This document shows, one piece after another, positions 1 through 12,154 of a stretch of DNA of 21,235 nucleotides. The DNA is from Alloascoidea hylecoeti (taxonomy: Eukaryota): NCBI GenBank assembly GCA_001600815.1, contig BCKZ01000042.1:62001-83235 (forward strand), read 5' to 3'. Each line of letters opens with the position of its first letter. The stretch's first letter is position 1. The position numbers and the translations under genes were made by a program. The notes below the pieces were generated by a model, which was not told the DNA's origin, did no database searches, and was given only the letters and a program-made list of their open reading frames with translations.

Positions 1-3000
1 GTATCATCATCGTCCATATGTTCACTATCATCACTTTCTGTGTCCATATCTTCATCGGAGATTTCCTCCCCAATTAATTCGACACTTATATGTTCATCAT
101 CATCTGAAGAATGCCCAAATGATCCAGTGTCATGTTCGTCAAGATAACCCTCTTCTTCTTCTTCTATATCATCCGATATATCAGATTGAAGTTCATCGTC
201 ATCCTCATCTTCTTCCTCATCGTAATCCATTTCTTCTTCTGCAACAGATCCCATATCTTCATTTTCTTCATCATATAAAGCTTCATCTACATCATACATT
301 CCTAAAGAAGAATTCTTAAAAATATCTGGAGTATCGCTTCCAAATTCATCAGTTCCATCAGATCCAGCCTCGTCTTCATCTTCATTTTTCGGATTTTCCT
401 TCTCAAAGAGTTCTGACTGTTCTGAACGAACACTAGATATTAAATTTAAAGGGCGTAGTATAGATTTTATTATTCTTTTGGAGTTTGGATAATTCAAATC
501 AAGATCAGAAAACAATGATGTTAGAATGTTTGTAGCACCTCGATCAATAAAACTTTTTGCAATATGATAAGGGTCGTTTGATGTTACATCTGTATCAAGA
601 CAATTTCCTAGTACAGAACGAGACCTTGTGGAGAAAAGACTTTCGATTAAATCAGCCAAATCTATTAATTTACTATATTTCTTCTCTGTAGTATCTGTTG
701 AGTTATGGGCATCCTTCATTGCTTTCACTATAGTATCCGCTGTTAAACGTCTAGTAGATGCGCATAATTCATCTTCTATTTTTTTAGAAGGATCATATTC
801 AGGAGTTACAATAGTAGAAATAAGTGAAAGAATAACAAGCTTTGATAAAATAGAAAGTGTGCATTTCCTTTCGTATTGAATACCCGATGATTCAATAAGA
901 CTTTCAGTGGGTAATAGTTGATATATGATATAATTTAGTGCAACTGGTCGTGCCTTATATTGCAATGAAAACAACGGTTTTCTTGAAAAAATAAGAAACT
1001 CAAGTTTACTTTCCTTATAAGAAGATAAAAGCTCAATAATAGTTTGAAGTAAGAAACAAGCATAGTAAAATTTAGAACTGCTTTTATGATTGTTCTTTGA
1101 TTCATCTTCAGAAGTATTTTCAGTGGGAGCATCTGCTAGAATATCAGCTCTCTTTATGGAGACGAGTTCCGATAATAATAAATTCATGGCACCTGTTGAT
1201 TTATTACTTACAGAAGAATTAAAGGATTTAACAACTGTCAGATCTAATTCCTGTCCTGTTAATGCATCTGTCATAGAGATATCGCCCTTTGTATCATCCT
1301 TTGGTTCGGTGGTACCACTTTCTTCATCTTTTTCAGTTTTGGGAGGGACTGCTCTAACAGTAAAATCATTTATTGGAGTGGTACAATTATCAAGACGTAA
1401 TGTTTCTTTCGAAACTTCAATAAAAATACTAGGTGATCTTAAGACAAGAGGATAGTGTTTCTTTAATAATGTGTTCAAGTCTCGTGGTCTGTTTGGGGTG
1501 AATTCAGAATTTACTTCCGCGGAAATATATGTTTTAATCATATCATGGTTTTCCATATTATATCGTAGTAAAATTAATGTTGCAGCACTGAGCTTCTCAC
1601 AATCTTTAGATCCTGAGTATTTCTCGACGGATTTCAGTAACCCCCGCATTACCGGAGCATGAATTGTTCTTGCAGCATAAGAGGAATCCTTTCCAAATAA
1701 AACTAATAATCTAGCAACTGCTATCGCCAACTCTTCTGTATTTAAATCTTCAATTTTTAAAATGAACGAAAACAGGGTTTCTTTTTTTTCATCTGTAAAT
1801 TTAACAGAGGGTACAACTTTGGGTAGACTTGAACTAGAAATAACATCTACTGAAGGGGCTTCCACTTTTGGTGCAATTGAAGCCGATAACAATCGTTCTA
1901 TAAGCAGTAATGCTTTAGGGAACCAAATTTTATGAGCATTTTCTTCAGTAAAGATAGCCAATGAGAAGTCAATCAAATTTCCTAGAGTTTCTCTACAACG
2001 CAAGATAATATTTTCCCGCTGAGAAACTAAGCCAATAAGATGATATAAACCAGATATCTTTGAATCCTGTGCATCAATCGGATCTAATTCAAATGCACGG
2101 ATTATCAACCCAAGAATTACTTTCATTACTTCCTCGTCGAATTCATCTACTTCATCGCAATAATAATCTGTTAAATGTGATTTCTTTTGGGATACATGGA
2201 AAAGCACTTCAGCAACTTCGTGAACAACGGCATTTTTATCTTGAACACAAGTTACCAGTGATACTATAATAGATTGATTCTCAATCTGGCGTAAAGTCCT
2301 CAAGTCTTCTAATGTGTAATAGTCTTTCTCAGTACTAGACGGAGGAATTGTGCCCTTATAAGCGGGTGGTAAATTTGGAAGCTCCAGTGCAGTATAAGGA
2401 TTAAGATCAAATTTTTCTTTAATTTCTGGATTAGCACCTGAGAAGGTATTGACAGCTACATCAAGTTGATCATTATGTCTCCATAATGCTTCACGTATTT
2501 GTTTTTCATCGGTAACACCAATATCAAGCATATATCTAATTTTATCTTCAGAAGGTGGAATTCTTTCCCATAGTAGAGGACGCAAACGTTCATGTATATT
2601 AAGATTTTGATTTTCCCCAATCCCGCCATATGCATACTTTATAATCTCTATAACACCTGTAACAAGTGGTGTTGGAAATTTAGAGAATGATTCATGATCC
2701 AAAAACTTTTTAATGATATTAAAAGCAAATATTCTGATGTATATTAGAAAATTCGCAGAAGGCTTGTTAGGAGGAACAGTAGAAGCAGCATCTCCTCTTT
2801 TCCTTGGATAGAGACAATCACCATGATGAATTTCCGCAATAACCTCTTTTATTACCATTTTTGAAAATAAGAAAATTATTTGATGAACGCAGCAATATTG
2901 ACATTCATGAATATTGTCAGTAGCAATAGCATCTGCAATTGATCCTCCACTTAAGGAGGTCAAAATATCAGGATTTGTGAAACCTGTACTATCAACCAAC

Positions 3001-6000
3001 TCATGTATTATTTCTTTTAATCTAATAAATCCACCTTTTTCAACAAAGCAAATTGCAAATACTGTTTGAAGTTGATCCATTGGTCTAGCTTTCGCAAGAA
3101 ACATGAATTGTAAACTTGCTAACAAGATCAATAATTTTCTAATTTGTACCAAATCATTTAAATCAGTTACAGTTTTCAATGATGATGTCATTGCTTGTGC
3201 TATACTTTCGCCGACACGAACCCCAACTTTTCTAAAGTTATAACTAAGTTCATAACGACGTCCTAATGAAATTCTATTAAGACCAAGGAATCCCTTTGAT
3301 ATTAAATAAATAGATTTTGAAAATAAAAATCGAGACACTTTAAGATTATTATCTTCTTTTATATCATCTTTGTTATTGGAATCATCATCTAATTTAGAAC
3401 AACTGATAATATCAGATAATACAGTAAGATCATCATCTTTTGGTGGATTTGATTTAATAAATAAAGACCTTTCTGTAACTTCAAACAACAATGATTCTTC
3501 AAGGACAACCCTTGTAAAATATTTCCCCAAAACTTCAATTAAGTTTTGATACCTTGGACGTGATAATAATTCAGTTAATTGACTTAATTTACCAGGATTT
3601 GTAGGGATCCTTGGATCGAAAAACATTTCAAGTGCAGCATAAAAAATGAGATTAAAAGTATTGATATTCTCTAAAGTTTTAGATCCTATATGAGAATTTG
3701 AATCTAAATATGGTATTATACCATCATATTCAATAAAATCTTTCAAATTATCTAAAGTAGTGATTAATTCATCAAATGTTGCTTCAATTATAGCAGGTGT
3801 TTTAATTTCACTTAAATCTCTACCAATACTAACAAGTGTTTGATAGGCGTTTGTTTGAATATAATCATAAGGTGCTTTAGACATTTTAAATAAATCAAAC
3901 CAAGTTTTAACATCAGATTTTTCTATAAATGTTTTACAAAATTGAGTACTTTGTAATAAACCAGATAAAAATAATGAAAAATTTTCAATCAGATAATTAG
4001 TATCTTTAGATTTCCAAGTTGGAGATTTTCCATTAATATCACCAGAAGTATTAAAAACAATACCTTTAAATGATTCACCAACCATCTTTGGTAAAACATT
4101 CAAAAGAGTTTCAATTTCTTTAAGAACAGGTTCAGCAAAATCTGTAAAATGACGAACAAGTTCATCAAATGCAGTTCCTAAACCAGATGACATTTCAGAT
4201 TCCGCAAGTTCTTTACAATAAGCAGGATTTAAAAATATCTTAAAATAAGAATGAAGAATATTTAAATCTTTAATTTTTTTCAAACCATCATTATTTAATG
4301 AAATAGCACCAATAACATCAGGTAAAGCAACTAATAAATCACTAGATACATTAAACAAAGATTCAAATTGTTTTAAAACTGTATCAATAGTCTTTGCTTC
4401 ACTTAATATTGGGAAAGAAGTTGGTTCATTATGAATAATTAAAGTGATTGTATTAAGAGTACAAGTAATAATTGCAGTTCCAAAAGTTTTTGGATTTAAA
4501 ATAATCTTATTCATTGCTGTAAGAAGTGGTGAATCAAATAAATTTCTCATTCTATCTCCACCATTATTAGACATTATCAAATGTAAAACAAATTTCATTA
4601 ATGATTTCAAAACAACTGATTGTCTATATGAAATAGTATAAGAAACAACACAATAATCTGGTGGTGAGTTAACTGAATCATCACTAATACCAATTTCGAC
4701 TTCATCACAAATTAATTTAATCAAAATATTGAAACCATCTGCTTCAATAAAAGGGTTAAGATTATTTGGAACGCTAGTTAAAAGTAAATCATTTAACTGA
4801 ACAGCAGCAGCAATTGTACGTCTATATGGAGTTTTTAAAGACATAAATTGCATTAATAAACCAAGTAAACCACCAGATGTTAACAATTGTGCAACACCTT
4901 GAGTATTAAGCAAATTATGAATAACAGCAAACAAAACCACATTAAACTCCTCATTAACATCATCATCATCTTTAATTCCTTTAATGATATGACGAATAAT
5001 ATATGAAAGTGTACCATGATTTACATTACCACTTAATGCTTTTAATATATCAGTACTCCAACTTCTCCATAATCCAATACATTCAAAAACTTTAAGGGCG
5101 GCGATTCTAAGAGACATATCAGCCTTATTATCTGGATGTATCAATTCAACTAAATGTTGTAAGAGAGATGGCTCTAAATCAATAATTTTACTATGAAGAG
5201 AAGTAGGATTACTAACACATCCAGTAAATCCAACAGATAAACATTTTAAAGTGAGTAAATTAGTTCTCATTTCAAGAGGACTATCAGGTTGAAAGCATTT
5301 TGCAATTAATAATTTTAAAGCAGCCTCATAATAATCATCTTTTTGGATAGTTTTACAAATTTCTGAAATTAAAGAATCTAAAGATCTTGTTTGAAGATCT
5401 TTTGATGAAAAAGTAATAGTTGAAATACCTTCTTCAAGTTGATGATGTAATTTATTATGTGAAACTTTTGAAGTACCATGTTGGAATTCTGTTTTATTAA
5501 ATTCAACTTTATGATTATTATTACGACTTGGAGTTGTTTGAGATTGAGAATTTTTATTATGTTTTGAATGTGATCCTCCAGGTGTTGCTGTTGAAGGAGT
5601 ATTTGGAAGTTTTAATATTTTAAAATATTGAAATTCAAAGGTTGAAAATCTTGAAGGAAAGTAAGATAATGGTTTTGTAATAAAATCAATTAATGAAAAA
5701 GTTTTATTGTCAGCTGGATCAAAAAGAGCATGTGGGAAAATTGCAGCTAAATGGAAAAGTTTCCTCCTCTCAGCAGAACCAGCAGAAAATTTTGAACTTC
5801 TTGTTTGAGCATATCTTTGGGCAACATTCATACAAGTTTTAGCAGCATTACATAAAACTGGTAAAGAAATAATATTGAGTAAACAATATAATTGATGACC
5901 GCTAGCATAAATGTTTCTATTTGCACAATTTTCAAGTAAAATACAAGAAAATTGTAAAACTGTTGATAATACCAATTCTTCTTCAGGAGTAACACATCTT

Positions 6001-6343
6001 GGAATACAATTCTCATCTCTAATTTCATATTTATTGATAATATTATCAAATATTTTATCAATTCTATTAAGGACTGGAACCCAATGATATAAATCTCCAC
6101 GAGGTCGGTTCCAGATATGACCAAATGTATTGAGCTTATCAACAAACGTATCTTCAGGGCAATCTGTTAATTCCTTGATGAGTACTTCTAGTTCTTTAGA
6201 CTAAATGAAAGAGAAATAGATTGTTAAAAACATAATTCCCCGCTTAAGATTCCCCGCTTAGTATTCAAGAGAGGTGAGGTGATAAGATTAAAACAACTTA
6301 CCAATTCCTGTCTTTGGGTATGATGAGCTTTGGTGATAAGCAT
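1..6343 (-). CDS. TOM1: TOM1/HUWE1-family E3 ubiquitin ligase, 3'-partial; exons 6343..6302 and 6200..<1 (HECT domain expected beyond the left edge)
   Basis: ATG at 6343 gives MLITKAHHTQRQEL. After the GTAAGT..TAG intron the frame continues SKELEVLIKELTDCPEDTFVDKLNTFGHIWNRPRGDLYHWVPVLNRID, the typical Tom1/HUWE1 N-terminal (DUF908) motif. A UBA-like segment PPSEDKIRYMLDIGVTDEKQIREALWRHNDQLDVAV lies at ~2450-2560, and DLNYPNSKRIIKSILRPL is followed by a D/E-rich tract at 1-400. The codon register at 6200 equals that at position 3, and the ORF track reports no stop-terminated ORF in this frame, consistent with a frame open to the edge. Confidence 0.93.
6201..6301 (-). other. Spliceosomal intron in TOM1 CDS (101 nt, phase 0)
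   Basis: Donor GTAAGT at 6301, branch-like TTTAAC at 6228-6223, pyrimidine tract and TAG acceptor ending at 6201. Splicing joins the ATG exon in frame with the long ORF. Confidence 0.88.
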
Positions 6344-6449
6344 TGTAAACTAACGTAACGATCAAAAAAAAAACACAAAGTAAAAGAACAGTAAAAAGGT
6401 TAACCAATTTGTTTGACCGATTTACTGATATCAAATATTGGATTTCAAG

Positions 6450-6654
6450 CTAAAAAACAAAGTTAGTACAAATCAGATCATACAACCCACAAAAAGAATC
6501 CATTTTTATCCATTTTAATTAATCTTTTGAAATATATTATTTTTATTCAATTTCAAAACATAAAATATAAAATTATAGTTGTAGTTTATTAAAAAGTTCA
6601 ACCCCGATGGCAAATTTTCGCATAACAGGGATACAAAAGATAGCTAACACATAC
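6450..6654 (-). other. Probable 5'-UTR intron of TOM1 (205 nt)
   Basis: On the minus strand: GTATGT at 6654, perfect TACTAAC at 6468-6462, then TTTGTTTTTTAG ending at 6450. An in-frame TAG just upstream of the 6343 ATG means the intervening exon sequence is non-coding. Confidence 0.7.
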
Positions 6655-6885
6655 CGAATCAGAAAAACTCGTCAAAAAACAATTGGACAGTATTTTCAAA
6701 TAATAACCAATTTTTTAATGTTTGAAGATCTTTTCTTTAACAACAATGAATTATTCTTAAAAATCGAAAGGATTTTCTTTTGAGTAAATAAAATTCCAAA
6801 GGGAATAACTGATTACAAATTTAAAATAAAAAATGAGTGATGTTTATTTGTTCAGAAGATGGTTTGCTTGATCAAATTTAAAAGT

Positions 6886-6893
6886 CCGGGTAA
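6886..6893. promoter_or_regulatory. Reb1-type binding site (CCGGGTAA)
   Basis: Exact Reb1 consensus CCGGGTAA/TTACCCGG in the short AT-rich spacer between the DIA4 stop and the TOM1 5' region. Confidence 0.5.
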
Positions 6894-6978
6894 ACACTGA
6901 CATAACTATAGAAAATCATTATTTACAAGTTGATCTCTATATCATTATTTATCATTATTTGCTATTTATATCATTATT

Positions 6979-8494
6979 TTATATCGATTGAATAATTTTA
7001 TCTTTCCCATCCATATATTTTTGTAAAACCTTTGGTATTGATACAGATTTTGTTTCTGGATCATAAAAAGTTTCCAAAATAGCTGCTATAACCCTTGGAA
7101 CTGCCATTGCTGTACCATTTAAAGTATGGGCAAAATAAAATTTATCATCTCTTCTTCTTACTTTAGTATTAAATCTTCTTGATTGATAATCTGTACAATT
7201 TGATGATGATGTTAATTCTCCCCATGATCCTCTTCCTGGCATCCAAGCTTCAATGTCATATTTTTTATAAGCTGGTGCTCCAAGATCATTTGCTGGCATA
7301 TTAAGTACTCTAATTTATAATTGTTAGTTCATTGTTAAACATCATTTATACATAATAATTGGCAGATAAAACTTACCGAGCAGTTAATCCTAAACCTGAA
7401 ATAATATCTTCTTGTAACACTCTCAATTCTTCCAACAATTTAACCGAACTTTCCAATCCATAAGTTGTAATGAATAATTCAACCTTTGTGAATTCATGAA
7501 CACGATACAATCCTTTTGTATCTTTACCTCTTGAACCAGCTTCTGCTCTATAACTTCTACTTACACCGACATATTTTAAAGGTAAATCTTTCTCATCAAA
7601 TGATTTATTAAGATTTAAAGCAGCCAATGGAATTTCCGCAGTTCCAGTTAAACACAAATCGCTATTTTTAATTTCATATACTTGTTGTTCACCATTTTGA
7701 TCTTTTGGTCTGAAACCACAAGCATGCATTATTTCCATATTAACAATTGATGGAGGTATAACCATTTTAAAACCTTTTGATCTTGCAATTTCTAAAGCAT
7801 ATTGAACTAAAGCTTGTTCTAATAAAGCACCATCTCCAATTAAATAATACCATGATGATCCTGATGCTTTAGAAGCAATATCAAATTCCATAATTCCCAA
7901 TTCTAAACCAATTTCTTTATGTGTATGAATTGAAGTTTTTTCAAATTCTTTTGCAGGATTTAAATATTTTATTAATTTTTCTTCATCTTCAACATTTAAA
8001 TCTAATAAATTTGGTATTGTATCCATTTTTGAATAAATTTTAAATTCCAAAATTTCAATATCTTCATCAATTTTTTTAGAATTTTTTTTTAAATCAATTG
8101 CATTTTTTAAAATTATATTTCTTGCATCCTTTGAAGTTGTTTCTTTAACTCTCGCACCAATTGCATTTCTCTTTGTTTGTAATAATTTTTTTTCTTTAAA
8201 TAATTGTTTTAATTGATTATAAAGTTCTTTACACTCAATAATATTTTTTTCAACTTTTGAATCAAAACCTCGCCTTTTGGAACTTTCAATATAAAGATTT
8301 TGATTTTCTTTTAATGATTCAAAATCATAATGTGGTCGGAAAAGAATAGCAGAGTTTTTAACTTTTACAAACTCCTCATCATTGAAATTATTAAACAGAG
8401 AATGAAATGAAGAGAAAGATCTGGTTAAATGATTAGATATTGTATAACATTTTAGGAGTCGATTTGGCTGCCTAATAAATCTTGAAATTGTCAT
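6979..8494 (-). CDS. DIA4: Mitochondrial seryl-tRNA synthetase, 482 aa; exons 8494..7377 and 7309..6979
   Basis: Class II SerRS motifs [62 protein letters not shown] and [12 protein letters not shown]. The R/S-rich, acid-free N-terminus resembles a mitochondrial presequence. The two ORF-track fragments join in frame (…[15 protein letters not shown]…). Confidence 0.95.
7310..7376 (-). other. Spliceosomal intron in DIA4 (67 nt, phase 2)
   Basis: CG|GTAAGT donor at 7376, ACTAAC branch at 7328-7323, TAG acceptor ending at 7310. CG+A restores an Arg codon and the frame. Confidence 0.92.
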
Positions 8495-8547
8495 TTATTT
8501 ATATTTGTGTCCATTTAAAAAATTGATACAAGAAAGCCAAATATAGA

Positions 8548-8583
8548 CACGTGACTATGTACTAAAGCTAGAAATCACGTGAT
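8548..8583. promoter_or_regulatory. Two E-box/Cbf1-type sites (RTCACGTG) in the DIA4 promoter
   Basis: CACGTGAC at 8548-8555 and palindromic ATCACGTGAT at 8574-8583, 54-89 nt upstream of the DIA4 ATG. Confidence 0.55.
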
Positions 8584-9566
8584 TGCAGATGAAAATCCAT
8601 TTTCAATTCTCTTTATTTGAGCCTCAGAGCGTATAACAAAATTGCTTAACTATTAATGTATGAAGCTTATCTATACAAGCAGCATTTTAATCAAATGATG
8701 AACTTTCTGGCTATTCTTATAGCTTTATGATTATACCTTGAAATTATTTAATTGAGTCACTTTTTTATTTCAACCCATCAACATATCTCATATGATGATA
8801 TATTTGTTATGGTGAAATATCAAGACTTACTAAAATTTTAGGTTATATTTGATTAAATTATTTGAAATTCTGATAGTTTTTATATGTAATTGAAATGGTT
8901 GGAAAGTATAACATTATAATTGAATTATTGAATCTAGATCTAGTGTCACCACTTCATTTAAGAATAGCAATACTCCACAAGGCTTTAAGATGCCCTAAAA
9001 ATGGTTTATATTCCGTAAATTCTAGATATTCAACTAGTCTATGTAAAATGATATCTTATGTGTATTATTTACTATTGACGCCCTTATAAGTCATGGCTTT
9101 ACAACGCAGTACTACCACTTTGCCAATATCCAGTCCATAACATAAGACTCACAAACCCAGACATCCCTTTTGTAGGCTTGTGTTTTAGCTTTTCAATCAT
9201 ACATATTAATGTGAAGGTGGGGGGTTCAAGTGGCCTAATATATAGTATAAGATATGGTCGAATAATAAGTACACACCGAGAGACCTTTCATCCTGTGTAC
9301 GAATATTTACTCTTCCAAGTGGCCAAAATTAAGTGAAATACTACAATGTCAATAAAATAATAGAATAAATAGAAATAATAAAATATTAATTATTTAAGAG
9401 AATGTTATTATTGTTTCAAATATTTGACGGTATTAATATTAATCTTGTGGATGTTATAAATGTTATGAAAATGTTACGTTTTTATTTTCTGCTTTGTTTA
9501 CATTCCTGTTTATTATTAATCGCAACTCCAACTTCGTCCTTCAACCTTCATTATATATAATAAATC

Positions 9567-12154
9567 ATGAAAAGAACTACTTCTTTCATCAAAACAGGCT
9601 TAAATCACCATGCAGAGCCCAAAATCCCCATGTATGTAATCAAAAACAACAAATAGATATAATTATATTGTTGCTGACAGGTTTTAGGTGGGATTCTTCT
9701 GATCCCAAGAGAAACCCTCTACCAATTGTTATAGATTCTCCAAGAAACTCACCCGGTAGACCTAATCGTTTTAGTGATTCAGATATGGCAATTATTCGTA
9801 GTTTAGAACCATCAATAAATACAATCTCATCGCGTATTAATAAATTAAAAGAAAAATTATCAATAACCGATAAACAAATACAAAAAACACAATCTGAATT
9901 CCAACGACTTTATCAAAAATCTGGAACTAATGCAGATTCTTTAAATGTACTTATGATGGATGTTAAATCTTCATTAGAATCAACTACAAATTCAAAACAA
10001 ATATTAGATAAAACAAATGAAAAATTGGTAAAAACTTTAGAAATAAGTAAAAAAAATTGTAATGAATTAAATTTACAAACAAAATCAATTTATGAAAAAC
10101 TTATTTATTTACAAAAATCAATTAATCATGATGAAATGATAAATTTAAATATTGAAAATAAAGAAATTATAAAACATTTAAATTATGATTTATTAACTTT
10201 TTTAAATTTAATTAATAATAAATTAAATTTAATTAATAAAAATATTGATTTTAATATATTATTAATGATTAAAAATTTAAATAATTTTTTTAATAATTCA
10301 ATTTATAAAAAAAATGATAATTATTTAAAAAATTTTAAAGAAATTGAATTAATAATAAAATCACAAAAATTAGAAATTATTGATTTTATTAAAAAGAAAA
10401 TTAATGATGAAAATTTATTAAAAAATGATATTAATGATTTAATTAAAAATGAATTTCAATTATTAATTAATGGAAATGGAAACTCAATTGTTAAAAAACA
10501 AGAAATATCTAATTTAAATGAAACAAATTTAGAAGAAATAACATCTTTAAACAATTTAATATTAAAAAGTTTAAACATAAATGATGATAAAGATGAAGAT
10601 TTAAATAAAAAAATTGATAAGAATTTAAATACTCTTTTATCATCAATAACAGAAATCAAAACAAATTATATAGAAAATTCAAATTCAGAATCAAATTCAA
10701 TATCAAATAGAAAATTAAAAACAATTGAATTATATCAAAATTTAAATAAAAATTATGAAATTCCTATATTAAAAAATCATGATTTTATTGAATTTTTAAA
10801 TTCACAGTTAATAACAATTAAAAATTCATTAAATATTAAAGAGAATGATAATAATGATAATGAAAAAAAATTAATTGATGAGATTCAATCATTAATAACT
10901 GAAAAATCATCAATAATATCAAAATCAATACAGAAATCAAACATTGAAAATTCAAATTTAAAAAAAGATAATGATAAGCAGTTTGAAATTTTAGAAAATC
11001 ATATTTTAAATATTCAAAAATCTTTAGATACTAAAAATTCATCAATATCAATAAATGATAAAAAATTAAATGATCAAATCCAAGAAATTTCAAATACATT
11101 TCAAAGCTTATCAACTTCAATTTCAAAAAATGAAAATAAATCATCTTTAAAGAAATCCTCAGAATTATATCCTATTATCTTATCACATCTTGAAACTTTT
11201 CAAAAACAATTAATTGACTATTATAAAGATGAACCATCAATTTATATACCTGAATTATTTCATCATGTTGATGATATTATAAACACAAAAATTAAAGAAA
11301 CAAAACAGATTCATGATAATTCAAATATAATATTAAAAAATGATTTAAAAGATTGGTTTATTACAATTGACAAGAAATTCGAAGATACTATAGTTAATCT
11401 TAAACAAAATAATAATGATTCTTCCTTTTTGAAATTAATTTCAACAATTTTTGAAAATTTAAAAGATTTAAAGCAAATAATAAATAAATTATCAACCCAC
11501 GAAAATGACAATAAAAAATCAATTAAAATTGAAAATGAAAATGAGAATGAAACAATAAGACTTAAAACAACATTCATTGAAAACCTAAGAGAATTACAAA
11601 AAATTGAATCTTTAAAATCACAAATCAAAAAAGAAGAATCAATAAATCATAATCAAAAACAACAAATCCAACAATTACAATCTCAATTAAATTTAAAAAA
11701 GCAAAAAGAAAAACAACAAGAAGAATTTTTAAAACTACAAACTGAAATTAATAATCTAAAGAATTCAAATAAACAAATTTTAAAAAATACTTCAAAAATT
11801 AATAATTCATTTAATGAACATTCAAAAGAATTATCAATAATTAATTCTAAATATAATTTATTTCAAGAAAAATTAAATAATTCAATTTTAAATAATTATA
11901 ATCAACATTTAAATTCCTCTTCAATATCACTACTTCAAAAAGATGATGAATCATTAACAAGAAAAAAGGTAATTGATTTATTTAAATCAAAATCAAAATC
12001 AAATCTAAATAATAATACAACATTAATTCAATTACCAATTCAAAATATAAAAAATTTAAATAAAAATGATGATGAATTTTCAATAAATGATAGTGCTTTA
12101 TCAATTCCAAGAGAAAGAAGAAGATGTGCTAGTAGTTTTATACTTCAAAGTTGA
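9567..12154 (+). CDS. Uncharacterised long coiled-coil, N/K/I-rich protein, 843 aa; exons 9567..9631 and 9688..12154
   Basis: The 886-codon open frame in the ORF track begins at a TTG. The model ATG9567 MKRTTSFIKTGLNHHAEPKIP-AT|GTATGT…GCTGAC…TTTTAG|G gives IPMWDSSDPKRNPLPIVIDSPRNSP in the long frame. Heptad-like L/I/K/E/Q periodicity runs through most of the body. Confidence 0.85.
9632..9687 (+). other. Spliceosomal intron (56 nt, phase 2) in the coiled-coil gene
   Basis: GTATGT at 9632, GCTGAC branch-like at 9673-9678, TAG ending at 9687. Splicing restores the frame from ATG 9567. Confidence 0.75.

Noticed and set aside
1239..1241. In-frame CTG codon in TOM1 as a hint of CUG reassignment
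   Set aside because: The context (QELD-CTG-TVV) is compatible with Leu, and CTG scarcity is explained by AT bias. A conserved-column analysis would be needed.
119..6145. Short ORFs from the track overlapping TOM1 (e.g. 628-879, 1090-1455, 5828-6145)
   Set aside because: Antisense or off-frame shadows of the long TOM1 frame with no recognisable motifs.
6915..6979. ATCATTATTT repeated four times just downstream of the DIA4 stop
   Set aside because: Low-complexity AT-rich slippage repeat with no functional evidence.
8574..8700. ATCACGTG as CDEI of a point centromere
   Set aside because: Not followed by a very AT-rich CDEII or a CCGAA-type CDEIII. A promoter Cbf1 site is the simpler explanation.
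8792..8873. ATGATGA…CTGA as a C/D box snoRNA
   Set aside because: No convincing terminal stem or recognisable rRNA-complementary guide. Such boxes arise by chance in AT-rich DNA.
9494..9566. TTG-initiated N-terminal extension of the 886-aa ORF
   Set aside because: Non-ATG start that reads through a TATA-like stretch and an apparent intron. The spliced ATG9567 model fits better.
10456..11628. Minus-strand ORFs inside the coiled-coil gene
   Set aside because: Antisense shadows caused by biased codon usage.
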